A stretch of DNA of 64,000 nucleotides from Octopus vulgaris (Eukaryota): contig OX597828.1 in the NCBI GenBank assembly GCA_951406725.2, positions 8,308,001 to 8,372,000 of the forward strand, written 5' to 3'. Below are positions 11,700 to 26,088 of the stretch, in pieces; position 1 is the first letter of the stretch, and each line of letters starts with the position of its first letter. A model generated the notes under the pieces. That model saw only the letters and a program-made list of their open reading frames with translations. It did not search any database and was not told the DNA's origin. Both the position numbers and the translations under genes were made by a program.

Positions 11700-12350
11700 A
11701 AGCGCGGCAATTTGACAGAATCTTTAGCGTTTCGTAAAAAAGTACTGCTTAGCGGTAGTTCTGACTTCCAATACTGGACTTTCAGTGTTTCACAGTTGCT
11801 ACAATTCTTTCTATAATAGGCAAAATTCCTGAAATTTTGCGGAAGTAAGATATTCGATTACATTGTTCCCAGTGCTCAACTTGTACTTATATCATCAACC
11901 CCAAAAGGATGAAAGGTAAAGTCGACCTCGGCGGAATTTAAACTTAGAACCTGAAGACCGTCGAAATATCGCCAAGCATTTTACCCGACGTGCTAATGAT
12001 TCCGTCACTACGCCACCTTCAGGGTTGATATAAGTACTAATTGAGCACTGAGGTCTGTTTCAGTTTATCGGGGTCAATAAAATAAATAACAGTTTAGCAC
12101 TGGATGCTATGTAATTGCTGACCTTGTGTAAACGTTTGAAACCATTATTATAAAGCGAACGAATGCAGCGAGTTGATAGTGTCGTTAGAGCATTAAAGTT
12201 ACGGTATAGTTATGACTCTTTGCACGTTTAGTTCAAATACGCGGCAGTCAACTTTGACTCTGGGATCGATAAAAATGAAGTAGAGATCATGTAGTGGTAT
12301 CAATTTTATTAACACCCTTTTTTAAAAACTGTTGACCTGGTTCTTAAATT
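11700..12350. mobile_element. Cluster of SINE family B fragments in both orientations
   Basis: Minus copy 11820-12020 (AAAGGATGAAAGGTAAAGTCGACCTCGGCGGAATTT) interleaved with plus fragments. Confidence 0.75.
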
Positions 12351-13581
12351 CGTAACATTTATGAATATATTTCACAATTAGGAGACCAATGAAAAATTAC
12401 TGAGTAATTCAATTACATCCTTTTATATAATCAGTTTAAATTCCTCTTTCCCAATCTTTACCGCCAATCAATCCCGGATCGATAAAAATAATTAATAACA
12501 ACTGGATTCCTGGAAATGATCTAATCAACAGTCATCCCAAGTTAGAGAGCATTATTATGGTTATTGATGCATTTTGTTGGCGTTGTTTATTTTCTCTTTT
12601 TTTTTCACTGTTTAGTCAGGAGTAGAGGGGTAAAGGCCATAAACATCCGGGCTACCTTGACCAGAGGCAAGTAAGGAGGGAGTTACTTTTATACCGATCG
12701 CCCAATATTATTATTATTATTATTTTTTTTTTTTTTTTTAGCAGAGGGATCTCCTCTGAAGTCATCCGCTGGAAAGTTGGGGGTTTTAAACCGGATGAAA
12801 ATAAAAGTTGTACACGCAAACTTTGTTCTTGCTATAGTTCTTGTGATTCATTAGTCCCAGGCCTACTTAGATCGATAAAAGATGCACAAAGATGCGCAAA
12901 CATGCACATTTTGTCGTTTTAAGTTCATGTAACACATCAGTATATTTGTTTCGTCCTATAAAAGGAGCGATATTTGACTGCAACATGGAATATACCGATT
13001 GAAAACACAATTTCACATCATTCTCTCAACTTCGTTTCTGTATTAGACCAGCCAATATTTTGAATCCTAAATTGTTCTCACACTCTCTGTCTCTGGAATT
13101 AAACTCTGCAACAGTTTATGTTTATTGTTTAAACTTTACAATCTTTGGATGTGGCTAGGCTTCTCTAAATGCTGCGAGATAGCACAATCATCAGAACGTG
13201 AGACAAAAATGTTATGTATTATTTTTTTAGTCTTTTTGCTTTCTGAAGTTATATCATACTGGGCTCACCTCTACCTTTCATCCGTCTGGGGGCGATAAAA
13301 TGAAATACAGGTCATAAAGTGGATTCGATTTAATCGACTAACCTTCTTCCTTAAAATCTGTTGCATTTGTGTCTTTTTCAGAAATCGTTATTTTGGTCTT
13401 TCAGCGTCCGTGATTAGAGAAAGTCTTTTAAGCGTCCGAGAACATGCTTTATTCTGACTCTTCCAGCAGTGAGTTCAAATCTTGCTAACTTGTCATTCCA
13501 TTCTTTCGGTGTTAGTAAAGTCGATATCATATATCAATACAGTTACTGTCCTGAAACTGTCAGCTTTGTACCTGAATTAAT

Positions 13582-14196
13582 CTGTTCAATCAAAAGTTTT
13601 GCAATATTTTGGAAACTTTTTTGATATATTCGTAAACTTTCAACAAAAACAGCCGAGCATTTAAAGTGATGGCCATCCTGTTTTGCCGGTTCAAGCCATC
13701 ATTCTGCCAGTTCTTTTGATCCCACGATGATACTAGTCCTTGTCATTTCAGGGGAGAACAACTTCACTACAAATTCCACCTTTCTTGATTGATGAAGCTT
13801 CGCGAACCTAGGATGTAAGGCATGGATCAGAGCAAGTAATAATCAGATTGAGACATTTTTCCTTATTCCTGACATGCTTAATCAGTACCTAAGCACGAGT
13901 CACTTTCCCGAACCTGTCCCTGAACAAATGGTCACTTTCTGCGTTTGGTGGAAATATATCACAGAATAATTCACTCTGAATTCTTTCAGGACGGCCGAAA
14001 CATCGATGTCAACTTTTACTCCGAAAAGTCGGCGGAGATTTATGCCATTGTGCAGGGAAAATACCCAACATTGGAAACCGAACTCTGTTGCTGTCAGACA
14101 ACGCAAGAATTCACACCGCTCAATCGACCAAGAAATAAACTCCTGGAACTTGAATGAATAGAACTAATGCCACCACCCAGCATATAGCCCAGAACT
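13582..14196. mobile_element. Rearranged mariner transposase relic
   Basis: Plus 13925-14196 gives CVWW, IIHSEFF, DNARIHTA, HPAYSPEL; minus 13853-13582 gives SQSDYYLL...ELAE*W...DGHHF and a TIR-like end TTGCAAAACTTTTGATTGAACAG. Confidence 0.75.
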
Positions 14197-14696
14197 ATTT
14201 TTTATGCAACTGATTTATAAATCTTCGAAATTGGTTGCATTTAAATCATTTCTTTCTCTTCCATGTCCACATTCATTAAATTCTTGAATTCCTCTAAGAA
14301 GCGAATCTATGAAGCTGCCGCATCGATTAGATGAACTTCTTTACTACATTAACCAGAATATTTAATTTGATTGAAGTAAATATTTGATTAAATTTCATAT
14401 TTCTTGCTAATTAATGAACGAGCCGTTTTCGTGCATCGCTGCTCCAGATTTGCTGTATAAACCATTTAAATATTTCACGTAAAATATTTCAACAAGAAAA
14501 AATATTGCAAACATTTTAAATAAAAAACAGAAAAGTAATAATATTCTTAAAAATTTGTCATTTAAATTCATCAGTAACTTCTTAGCTCCTTCTCCAGAGA
14601 TATTTATTTATGAAATTTCAATGCTTTACAAAACACAGTTTATATCAGACATGGTGATATTTGAAAAGGAGAGAAAAATACAGAGAAAGAAAGAGG

Positions 14697-14742
<46 letters not shown>

Positions 14743-15104
14743 AGAGAGAGTCTGTGCGTGCGTTTGAGTGTGTGAATGCGCCCATGCGTATGCACGAATG
14801 TGTGACAGAAAATAGAACGATGTGACCAGTATTTCAATCTACATCAAGAATATGCGAAGGAATCATACATACATATATACATACATACGTAAATACATAC
14901 ATATATACGTACATACGCACATGCATGCAAACTTACATACATATATGTATGCATGCATACATATATATACGTGCATGTATACATACATGCTTTAATGCGT
15001 TTATACAAACAAACATGCATACATCGATCCATTCATCCATAGATCCGTCCATACATACATACATACATGCATGCATGCTTACATGCGTACACACACACTC
15101 GCGG

Positions 15105-15432
15105 TAATCCGTCGGTTACGACGACGAGAGTTCCAGTTGATCCGATCAACGGAACAGCCTGCTCGTAAAATAAACGTGCAAGTGGCTGAGCACTCCACAG
15201 ACACGTGTACCGTTACGGTAGTTCTCGGGGGGAGTCAGCGTCACAGAGAGTGTGACAAGGCCGGCCCTTTGAAATACAGGTACAGCAGTAACAGGAAGAA
15301 AGAGTGAGAGAAAGTTGTGGTGAAAGAGTAGAGCAGGATTTGCCCCACCCCCTGCCGGCAACTAGTGGAGCTCTAAGTATTTTCACTCAATAAACACTCA
15401 CAACGCCCAGTCTGAGAATCGAAACCGCGATA
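15105..15432. mobile_element. SINE family D fragment (+) joined to a family-C-like SINE fragment (-)
   Basis: 15105-15285 matches 19330-19470 in reverse; 15290-15432 matches the reverse of CACCACAACTTTCTCTCACTCTTTC seen at 60225-60255. Confidence 0.75.
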
Positions 15433-16109
15433 GTACACACACGAGCACATACATAAATATTCTTATATCCAGATATGCCTTTGCACATCCAATAATTCCT
15501 TACATTCCTCATTTATTGTTTTATTCATTTCGGCCCTGCATCTGTGGCCACGCTGGGGCACCACCATGCGAATGGAAACGTGAAATAAGTCAAGAGTGTC
15601 TCCACGTAGAAAGATATACACACAAACACGTAAAAATAGTTCTCTGTATATATACATATATGTATGTGCGCGTGAGTTCGTGCGCGCCTGTATGTATGTA
15701 TGTATGTATGTATGTATGTATGTATGTATGTATGTATGTTTGTATGTATATGTGCGTGTGTGTATGTGCGTGTGTGTGTGTGTACACGCTTGTGTGTGCG
15801 TATGGGTGATGTAAATCTTGAAAAAGATTATCCCTTTCTAACCTATATATTCGATGCTAATTGATAAATAACTGAACTGGTTTAAAATCGTTTAGATTAA
15901 TTAAACTATAATTATTCGGTTGCTCATCATATGTGTTCGAGTGTTACACTGCTAACAATTTTAAACTAAGAACGAAATTGAAAGGTATTCGAAATTTTTA
16001 ACAGAAAATTATTTCATGAAGGACTACGAATTAATATAATTAAATAAAATTAAATAAAATTAGATTTCTACAAGATATATTTTAAACCATCAATAAATAT
16101 GAAAACTGA

Positions 16110-16380
16110 AAGCAGCGAGCTGGCAGACACGTTTGCACGCCGGGAGAAATTCTTAGCGGTATTTCGTCTGCGCTACGTTCTGAGTTCAAATTCCGACGAG
16201 GTCGACTTTGCCTTTCATCCTTTAAAAGAAAAAAAGCGGCGAGCTGGCAGAAACGTTAGCACGCCGGGCGAAATGCGTTGCCGTATTTCGTCTGCCGTTA
16301 CGTTCTGAGTTCAAATTCACCGAGGTCGACTTTGCTTTTCATCCTTTCCGGGTCGATTAAATTAGTACCAGTTACACACT
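16110..16380 (+). mobile_element. Tandem pair of SINE family B (Meta-like core)
   Basis: GCGAGCTGGCAGA..GAGTTCAAATTC..GAGGTCGACTTTGC.TTTCATCCTTT occurs twice head to tail. Confidence 0.9.
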
Positions 16381-16469
16381 GTGTGTGTGTGTGTGTGTGT
16401 GCGTGTGTGTATTTTTGCGATCTATTAATTTGAGTTGAGTCAATCCAAGAACCTAGATTATTTCGTCAT

Positions 16470-17430
16470 TCTGTTTCATTTCCGTTATGTTTCTTCCTTC
16501 TATTTTTTCTTTTTGTCTTTCTCTACATAATTTTCCTTATATTTTCAAACACACATCCTTCCGTGATTTTAGTTATTTTCTTAGTTTATTTTCTGTCTAT
16601 TTCTTCCTGCACGTCTCTTCCTGTTTCTTCTCTCCTTCGTTGATTTCCTTCCTTCTTTCTCATTCATGTGCCTTCTTTTTTGTGTGTTCTTCCTTTCATT
16701 TTTCTCTCTCATTTTCTATATTTATCTAATTTATTATAATAAACTTATCTCTTCTGATTTTTTTTCTTCCTATCTTTCATTTTATCTTTCTTTCTTACAT
16801 TCATTCTATCTGTCAGTTCTATTGTACTTTACGGCTTTCTTTCTTTTATACTTTTTTTATTCTGTGTCATTTTTCTTTCTTCATCTTATTCGGTTTTCGT
16901 TCATTCATACTGCCATCTTTCTCTGCTACATATTTTTCCATTTCTATTCTTTATTCCTTTCTTCATTCTCTCTTTCATTTTCTTATTTTCAATATTTGTT
17001 GCTTTGTATTTCTCTCTTCGTTCATTCATTTTTTATATTGTTCTTTGTTCCCATTTTTCTTTTATTCTAAATTTTATTTATGACTTTATTTCTTTCCTTG
17101 TTACGTTATTTACTATTTTTCACCCGGTTTCATTTCGTCCTTCCTTGTAGCTCACTTTTCCGACTTTTTTCCTAAAATCCCACTTCTTTATACATATCTC
17201 GTCTCTTTTAGCTTCCTTTTCAATTTTTTTTATGTAAACATTTCTGTATCAACTTTATTCGTTCCATAAATACAGTACACTTTCTTTGTTCCTTCTTTTC
17301 ATCTTTTTCTTTCATGCGTTTCTGTCTTTCTTACTTTTTCTTTCTTCCCTATTATATATGTTTCGTTATTTAGTTATTTCTCTTATTCACTTATTTCAAC
17401 ATCTTTACCTTCCTCCTCTCTAATTTTTCT
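16470..17430 (+). repeat. ~1-kb pyrimidine-rich low-complexity tract
   Basis: Sequence is dominated by T and C with TTTC/TTCT motifs. Confidence 0.85.
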
Positions 17431-17564
17431 GCAGCGTTCTGGAACCTGGGTTCCGTTCATTGATTCTACTCTGACACGAGTCGTCATATATTCAGCGGAG
17501 CGCACAAGCGAACGATATTCAAAGCACAACAGAGAATATGCAGGAATAATTAATAACAATTATT

Positions 17565-17990
17565 GTTTCAAATTTTGGTACAAAACCAGCAATTTTAAGG
17601 GCAGTGAAAATTCGATTTCATGGAACCGAGTGCTCAACTACTTCTTTATTCTTCAACTCCGAAAGCAAAGTAGGTAAAGTTGTCTTCTCTGGCATTTGAA
17701 CCGAGAAACTGAAGCTGCCGCTAAAATTTTGAGTGATAAGCTAACGATCCTTCTTGGTCGTTACAAACATAGCTATTGTTTTTGCTATTGGCACAATACC
17801 TGGAATTTTGATGGGAGTGCACTAGTCTATTATATCGACCGAGTGCCTAGCTGGTACTTAATTAATTGACTCCGAAAGGATGAATGGCAATGTCGTCCTG
17901 GGCGGCATATGAACTAGGGAGGTAAAGACGAACGCAATGCCACTAAGCATTTTGTCTGACGTGCTAACGAGTGTGCTTGTTCACCACCTC
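17565..17990 (-). mobile_element. Two tandem SINE family B copies
   Basis: Repeated reverse-complement family B motifs (GTGCTCAACT, CCGAAAG, GGCATTTGAAC, GCTAACGA). Confidence 0.75.
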
Positions 17991-18046
17991 AGTGATAACA
18001 ACAACAACAGCAGCAACAACAACAACAGTAAAAATAATAATGATAG

Positions 18047-18595
18047 CCCTGATGCCGTACCTGGCAGTGGCTCTCGTGGCTTCTGATCTTAACTGATTGG
18101 AAGTGTTTTCACGTACATTGTTTTGTCTTGGTATAAAAGATGGGCTACAGCAAATATTCTGCACAATACCACAGATTTGGTTGTCAGCTGTTTGACCATA
18201 ATCAGTTGAGCATGTCCCTTAGTGGTTGACGATATGTGCATCTCTGATCACGAGTAGAAGTAGTGGGGGAGCATCATAGCCATATGTTCAGAGGAATTCT
18301 TTGGGGTTTGAATATTTCACCTCTGGAAACATGGGTGTTTCGTTCAACATCCTTAAACAACCCTTATTCAGAGAACTTTTGAACGGGATGACCAGAAGAA
18401 GAATTCTATGTGGACCCCATCTGCGAGGTCATGTGCTGTTTATCTAGATATGAGATCACCATGTCGTGCACATATGGTTGTGATGCCTGTGCCTTGTGTA
18501 CCCTTATTAGACGGATAATCATGATGGGTATATTTTCATCGTATATTCTACCCCAGTGTCACTTTGATGGCATGCACTGTTCTCTCACTCAATAA
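18047..18595 (+). mobile_element. Family F repeat flanked by AAT repeats
   Basis: Collinear with 6294-6850; followed by a long (AAT)n. Confidence 0.88.
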
Positions 18596-18608
18596 TAATA
18601 ATAATAAC

Positions 18609-18656
<48 letters not shown>

Positions 18657-18659
18657 CAT

Positions 18660-18890
18660 GATTCACTTATTGGACAGAGAGGTTACAAATAAACAAAGGA
18701 CAGTGGAGATTTACATAAATACTTGTGAACAATAAAAACGATAACAATGAACAATACTATAAGGACAAGAATCCTTTTGGTGAGAGGTGACGCCAACAAA
18801 GTTCCGTTGTTATCCTCATTCCGTAAACGGTGGCTTTTAGCAGGTGGAGAGCTGAACCATCGTGGAGTACAGAGGGTTCGCAATCTAGAC
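18660..18890 (-). mobile_element. Probable LINE 3'-end fragment
   Basis: Resembles a common octopus LINE 3'UTR as remembered; no coding motif visible. Confidence 0.3.
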
Positions 18891-18954
18891 TAGGGTCTGA
18901 AAGTTTATTACACCATAGTGGGTTACATCATGGTTCCTATGCTTTGTGGCAGAA

Positions 18955-19107
18955 GTAGGAAGAATGAGTGAGAGAAAGTTGTGGTGAAAGAGTACAGCGG
19001 GGTTCACCACCACCACCCGGCGGGGCCTCGTGTAGCTTAGGTGTTTTTGAAACCGCGTTCTTCCGACCGCGAGACCGCTGCGCTAACCACTGGGCCTTTG
19101 CGCCTCC
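18955..19107 (-). mobile_element. tRNA-Arg-like SINE head (family C-like)
   Basis: Reverse strand GGAGGCGCAAAGGCCCAGTGGTTAGCGCAGCGGTCTCGCGGTCGG..CGCGGTTTCAA is a tRNA-like head. Confidence 0.75.
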
Positions 19108-19299
19108 ACTATGCTGTTGCTGCTGATAATACTACTATTGGTGTAGTAGTAACTATGTCGGTGAATGTGAGGCATTTCCTTTTCCTTCACCTCTTTTGTT
19201 TGTGAAGGCGCTGTTTTAGTTATTAGGGGTTTTCGGCTCAAGATCGTAAAGTCATGAGGAAGACTCTTTATTTCACATTGTTCCATTACACCCAGATGG

Positions 19300-19475
19300 T
19301 AAAACAGATTTATACATGTAGATCAATGGGCCATTCTGTGTCACACTGAATCCCTCTGAGAACTATGTTATGGGTACAGGTGTCTGTGGAATACTTAATC
19401 TCGTGGACTTTAACTTTACGAGCAGGCTGTTCCATTGATCAGAGCAACTGGAACCCACGTCGTAAAGATAGGAGT
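19300..19475 (-). mobile_element. SINE family D fragment
   Basis: ACGAGCAGGCTGTTCCATTGATC is the reverse of the 15140-15170 motif. Confidence 0.75.
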
Positions 19476-19499
19476 GCGGTTTGTGTAGGCAGAAATATC

Positions 19500-20505
19500 T
19501 AAGACGGTCGATTGTTCCTAAGTCATAACGGATATCTACCGTATCAGAGCTAAAATAGTACTGGGGTAAGCAACTACTTTGTAGTGTACTGCGAGAACTT
19601 TAATGTTTAATAGGTCCAGCCTTGGCGTAGATATATACTCGATGATCTGCCATACATCGCGGAGAGCCCTTACTACTTGTGTTTTCATGGCTGTCTCTAC
19701 GCGACGAATATTAAAGACAGCGATAGGTTATAATATTTCTGGAAGTTGTAGCAAGAATTTCAACTGAAGGTGCAGGGCCTACCCTTGTACCTTCAAATTT
19801 CCGAAATCGAGCAGCGTCTTCCATTTTACTCGGCTTGTCTTCTAGGGATGGCCTCTCATCTCAACCCATTGATTTCTATCCTTTTACATCTCATAATCTC
19901 TCTGAGTACCGTTGAATATTTCTGTGTATTAGAAACAGTGATGGTGAAATCACAAGCATTTGCCGACACAGATTTTCTGAATCCTAGTTTTTCCAGGCTG
20001 TTCTTTAATTGTCCCAAGATACTTCAGATATCTCAAGACTCAATACATACGGAACTGATGAGGGGCATAAATATTGCTGCTGGATCGAACACAAGATATA
20101 GAATATCATAGATAGGCTGCAGTTCACTCTAACTACAAATGACGTCTTACAGCGAGGGGATCTAGTCTTTGATGATGCGGTCAAAGCCAACAGCTGTGAG
20201 ACCAAGATTGTTGTGCATCGATCTGTTTGGGCTAATCACTTTGAGAGCCAACATCTTTGCGAACACGTTGGTGAAAATCTTAAGTGATTGACTGAAAACT
20301 ATCAATATTGCGCCACCTTTCACGGGAACTTTATCAGCACTACTACTGCTACGTGACTCAAATAAGTGAGAAGATTACTAAAAGTATAAGATTTGCGGTA
20401 GATATCTACCAAGAGGTCGCCATAAAGTCAATCATATAAGCGTAAAGCTTGTAGTGTGTTCAGCCTCCAGCATCTGGGTTCCCGTATATGGCACCTATCA
20501 TGATG
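19500..20505 (-). mobile_element. Highly decayed CR1/L2-like LINE reverse transcriptase relic
   Basis: Weak peptide echoes in RT order (ADKVP, SSVPYVLSL resembling SGVPQGSVLG, INGL); many stops. Confidence 0.35.
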
Positions 20506-20554
20506 GAATTCACAGATTAGGAAATTTAAACAATCCAAAACAAAAAACAACAAC

Positions 20555-21265
<711 letters not shown>

Positions 21266-21323
21266 ATAATTATGATGATGTTGATGATGATGATGACGAC
21301 GACGACGACAACAACAACAACAC

Positions 21324-21371
<48 letters not shown>

Positions 21372-21441
21372 TAATGATAATAATAATAAAAATGATGATG
21401 ATGATGATGATGACGATGATGATAATAATAATAATAATAAC

Positions 21442-21493
<52 letters not shown>

Positions 21494-21920
21494 GGCGCAG
21501 GAGTGGCTGTGTGGTAAGTAGCTTGCTAACCAACCACATGGTTGCGGGTTCAGTCCACTGCGTGGCATCTTGGGCAAGTGTCTTCTGCTATAGCCTCGGG
21601 CCGACCAATGCCTTGTGAGTGGATTTGGTAGACGGAAACTGAAAGAAGCCTGTCGTATATATGTATATATATATATGTGTGTGTGTGTGTGTTTGTGTGT
21701 CTGTGTTTGTCCCCCTAGCATTGCTTGACAACCGATGCTGGTGTTTTTACGTCCCTGTCACTTAGCGGATCGGCAAAAAGAGACCGATAGAATAAGTACT
21801 GGGCTTACAAAGAATAAGTCTCGGGGTTGATTTGCTCGACTAAAGGCGGTGCTCCAGCATGGCCGCAGTCAAATGACTGAAACAAGTAAAAAGAGTAAAA
21901 AAAGAGAGAAAAAAGAGTAA
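21494..21920 (+). mobile_element. Full-length SINE family A
   Basis: GGCGCAGGAGTGGCTGTGTGGTAAG head; near-identical to 7831-8240. Confidence 0.92.
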
Positions 21921-21949
21921 AGCGATAAATAATCTTGTATATTGACTTG

Positions 21950-22425
21950 CCTCGGTACAAATGATGGGCTACAGCAAATATATTCTGCTCAATATCACAG
22001 AGTAGCTTGTCATGAGTTTGATCTTAACCAGTTGAGCATGTCCGTTGGTGGCCGACGATATATGTGCAACTATGATCAAGATCAGAAGTAGTGGGGGAGC
22101 ATGAGAGCCATTTGTTGAGAGGAATTCTTTGGAGTTTGAATAATTCACTTCTGGAAACATGGGTGTTTCGTTCAATATCCTTAATAAACCCTTATTCAAG
22201 GACATTTTGAACGCGATGGGCAGCTCGAACTGAAGAAAAATTCTAACTGGACCTCATCTGCAAGGTCGTGCACTGTTTATCTTGAAATGAGATCAACATA
22301 TCACGGACATATAGATGTGATGAATGTGCCTGGTGTACACTTATCGGACGGGTACTCATGATGGGTATACTATATATTTTACCTTAGTGTCACTTTGATG
22401 ACATGCACTGCTCTCTCAGCCAGTA
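21950..22425 (+). mobile_element. 5'-truncated family F repeat
   Basis: Collinear with 18125-18595. Confidence 0.85.
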
Positions 22426-22607
22426 ATAATAACAGCAACAGCAACAACAACAACAACAACAACAACAATAATAATATTAATGATAATAACAATGATAATG
22501 ATGATGATGATAATAATATTTGCCCTGGGGCACTAGGTTTGTCTCACCATGTGATTGCAACAAACAAATTTAAAATAAATAACAAAAGCAATGATAACAG
22601 CAATAAT

Positions 22608-22808
22608 AGTGGTTTCGATATTTGGTATAAGGCGATGAATGCGGTGGAGGCGGTAAGTCGATTACATCAACCTTAGTGCTCAACAGGTACTTATTTTATG
22701 GACCCTAAAAGATAGAAAGACCATGGCGACCTCGATAGAATTTGAACTGAGAATGTAATGCTGGACAAAATGCTGCTAAGCATGTTTTCGGTATGCAAAC
22801 GATGCTGC
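22608..22808 (-). mobile_element. SINE family B copy
   Basis: GTCGATTACATC..GTGCTCAACAGGTACTTATTTTAT..ATTTGAACT..GCTAAGCAT. Confidence 0.7.
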
Positions 22809-22810
22809 TC

Positions 22811-23448
22811 GAAGAAGAAGAAGAAGAAGCAGAAGAAGAAGAAGAAGAAGAAGAAGAAGAAGAAACAGAAGAAGAAGAAGAAAAGAAAAAGACGAAGAGG
22901 AGGAAGAAGAAGAGCAAGAAGAAGAAAAGAAAAAGAAGACGAAGAAGAAGAAGAGGAAGAAGAAAAAGAAAAAAGAAGAAAAGAAAAAGAAGACGAAGAA
23001 GAAGAAGAGGAAGAAGAAAAAGAAAAAAGAAGAGGAAATAGAAGACGAAGAAGAGGAATAAGAAGAAGAAAAAGAAGAAGAGGAGGAAGAAGAAGAAGAA
23101 CAAAAGAAGAAGAAAAAGAAGACGAAGAAGAAGAAGCAGAGGAGGAAGAAGAAGAAAAGAAGAAAAAGAAGACGAAGAAGAAGAAGGAGAAGAAGAAAAA
23201 GTAGAAGAGGAAGAATAAGATGGCGATGATGATGTTGGGGATGATGGTGGTGATGATGATGATGGTGGTGATGATGGTGGTGATGATGATAGTGGTGGTG
23301 ATGATGGTGGTGGTGGTGATGATGATGGTGGTGGTGATGGTGGTGGTGATGATGGTTGTGATGATGATAGTGGTAGTGATGATGGTGGTTGTAGTGATGA
23401 TGGTGGTGGTGGTGATGGTGGTGATGATGATGACGATGGCGATGATGA
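22811..23448. repeat. (GAA)n then (GAT/GGT)n low-complexity array
   Basis: Direct reading; source of the spurious poly-K/E/M/V ORFs. Confidence 0.95.
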
Positions 23449-23789
23449 AAAATTCAGGCAAAAATGTATTTTTAAATTTTTCTTCCTGAATGAAGGCCAA
23501 CATGAAATCAGTGTTTCTCTTTATTTTACGTTCTTTGTTCTTTGTCGGAAATGTTAATCGCTGGAAATGCCAATTGTATATGGCGATTGCTATAAATAAA
23601 TAGCTTACAGGAATAGCATATTCTTTTCTATATACTACATGAAACAAGTTACGTTAGTACGAATCACAACTAAAATATAATACCAACAGGAACATTCTGA
23701 ACGACATCAGAACGTGAAACATAATAGATATAACAACAATAACAATATGAAGCATAATATTAAGAAAATGTAGGAAATACATAATTGTA

Positions 23790-23790
23790 A

Positions 23791-23857
<67 letters not shown>

Positions 23858-24025
23858 ATTGTTATTGTTGCTGTTGTTTGTTGTTCCTGTTGTTGTTGCT
23901 CTTGTTCCTGTTGTTGTTCTCCTCCTCCTCCTCCTTCTTCTTCTTGTTATTGTTGTTGTTGTTGTTGTTGCTGCTGTTGTTTCTCTTGTTCCTGTTTTTC
24001 TCCTCCTCTTTCTTCTTAATATTGC

Positions 24026-24078
<53 letters not shown>

Positions 24079-24112
24079 GTATTAGTATTATTATTATCAT
24101 TATTATTATTTT
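23790..24112. repeat. (TTA)n/(GTT)n compound microsatellite
   Basis: Direct reading. Confidence 0.95.
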
Positions 24113-24485
24113 TTATATAATTCTCATATTATTTTTATCATCGTTTGGGGCAGAAAAATCAATTATCTGGCACTGTCTATTCTCTTTATCCACCACTACT
24201 AAATCAGACCTTTTAGCTTCTATTTCTCTGTCAGTCTGAATGTTAAAGTCCCACAAAATCTTATATTTCTTACTTTCTAGTACTTTACTAGGTTCATCTT
24301 CATACCATTTATCAGTATGTTCAAATCCTAATTCTCTACAAAGCTCCCAGCGGATTGCTCCCCCTACACTTTCATGTCTTTTCTTGTATTCTTTCTGTAC
24401 CAGCATGTTACATTCACTTGGAAAGAATGTAAGAACCTTACACAAAAGCATTCATATTCCACTTCCTGGACCCTTGTGTTTCATA
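24113..24485 (-). mobile_element. Dong/R4-clade LINE RLE endonuclease fragment
   Basis: C..LVQKEYKKRHESV..IRWELC..KWYEDEP..KILWDFNIQTDREIEAKRSDLVVVDKENRQCQIIDFSAP is an RLE (PD..D) region. Confidence 0.9.
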
Positions 24486-24552
24486 AAAGAGATCATCATC
24501 TCCATCGTCGTCGTCATCATCGTCGTTGTCATTGTTATTGTTGTTGTTGTCA

Positions 24553-25075
24553 AGGCAGTGTGTTTGAAGAATCATTAGCCAGCGGAACAAAATTTTTTGC
24601 GGTATTTCGTGCGGCTTTAAATCATCCCTAGATGAAATTTTGACCGGGACTTAATTACATTTCATCCTTTAAGCGCTGATAAAATAAGTAACTGTACAGT
24701 ACAGGGCTTGATCTAATTGATTTTCCCACTCTGCTGAAGTTGCTGGACTGTTGCCAAAGTTTAACGAATTATGTTTCGATACTAGTTGAGCACTGGAGTC
24801 AGTGTACTCGATTACCTCTGCCCTGCAGACTTTCAGGGTTTGTGCTAATGTAGAAAGGTTTATTAAGGCACCGAGCTCTACACCGCACTGAAGCATACAA
24901 GATATTTGGCGGCATTTCTTCTACCTTTATGTTCTGAGTTCAAATACCACCGAGGTGAACTTTGGTTTTCATCATTTCGAGGTCGACCAATTAAGTACCG
25001 GTTGACAGGGCCTGGGTCGATGTAACCGACTATCCCTTCTACAAGATTTCAGCTTTTGTGCTAATAGCAGAATGT
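24553..25075 (+). mobile_element. Tandem SINE family B copies
   Basis: Repeated TTTCATC..GATAAAATAAGTA and GTTCTGAGTTCAAAT..CGAGGT motifs. Confidence 0.75.
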
Positions 25076-25099
25076 ATTATTGTTAATATATATTGCGGT

Positions 25100-26088
25100 G
25101 AACTGGCATTTCTTTAAACACCCCGGAGAAAAAGCTTTGCGCCTTTTTTCCGGCATTGTAGTCTTTGTTACGTCTAAAAATCCTCTCAGATTTCAAAGAA
25201 AAGTTCGTCCATTCGTGTCCTTTCTTTTCGTTGCTCACAAAATGACCATAACTATTTTCTGTGCATGCAAAACCCAAGAACTTGTCATTCCCACGTTTTT
25301 GCGTACTTTCTCTGCAAAATATGGACACTCAGATACACCGTGAAAGGTAACCACCTTTGAATATTCTCAAATTCTAACATTGGGCAAACAGTACTGCTTC
25401 ATCCAATCTACAATTACAACCTGGGCTCATAAAATTATTCCCCCCATCTTTTTCTTCAATTATCTTTTCCAGGATGAACTCTTCTTACCATTCCCTATTT
25501 TCTTTGTTCTTTTCAATAACAAAGGATGAAGTTTCTGTCTTTTCAAAGTTTGCTTAGTTTATTTTCTGCATTTCTCCGTTTCTTACATTGGGCACCAACA
25601 AATTCGGAGAAACAGTTTTCTCTAGTTATACTGTCTCACCGACGTAAATTAAACCTCTTTTTAAGTCTGCAACTTTCCAATATAAGAAGTCCTAAATTGT
25701 AATTATTGAATGATTTTCATGACATTCAATATCGATTATGAAAAAAAATGTTCATTGTCTGAAAACATTCTTTACAGAAAAGTTTTGTTATTTTTATACC
25801 TTTAGTCTCTTTCCAGGACTCCGTAATTCTCATGCAATTCTTCTACTTAAAATTATTTTCTATTTTCGGCAAGAGGTAAATTTTATTCGAGTTCATTTTA
25901 TGAATTTTCCCCGTTTCCTTCCCATCACATTAGATTTCTCAATTTCGAATGTCTTCCTTATATAACTATAAAATTCTTCTAAAAATTGTGTTCTAAATCA
26001 CTGTAATATACTGATCGTTGTTCAGAATTTTAGTACAATGAAACTGCAACCACCGAACGTTAAAGTCGCCACATGGTTAACAGGTTAA
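25100..26088 (-). mobile_element. Possible decayed piggyBac-like DNA transposon
   Basis: Ends in AACAGGTTAA (TTAA-CC terminus); weak peptide echo VGAQCKKRRN of the GTxRKNR region. Confidence 0.2.

Noticed and set aside
22691-23647. 318-aa ORF and overlapping poly-K/E/S ORFs
   Set aside because: Translations of GAA/GAT/GGT microsatellites with no domain.
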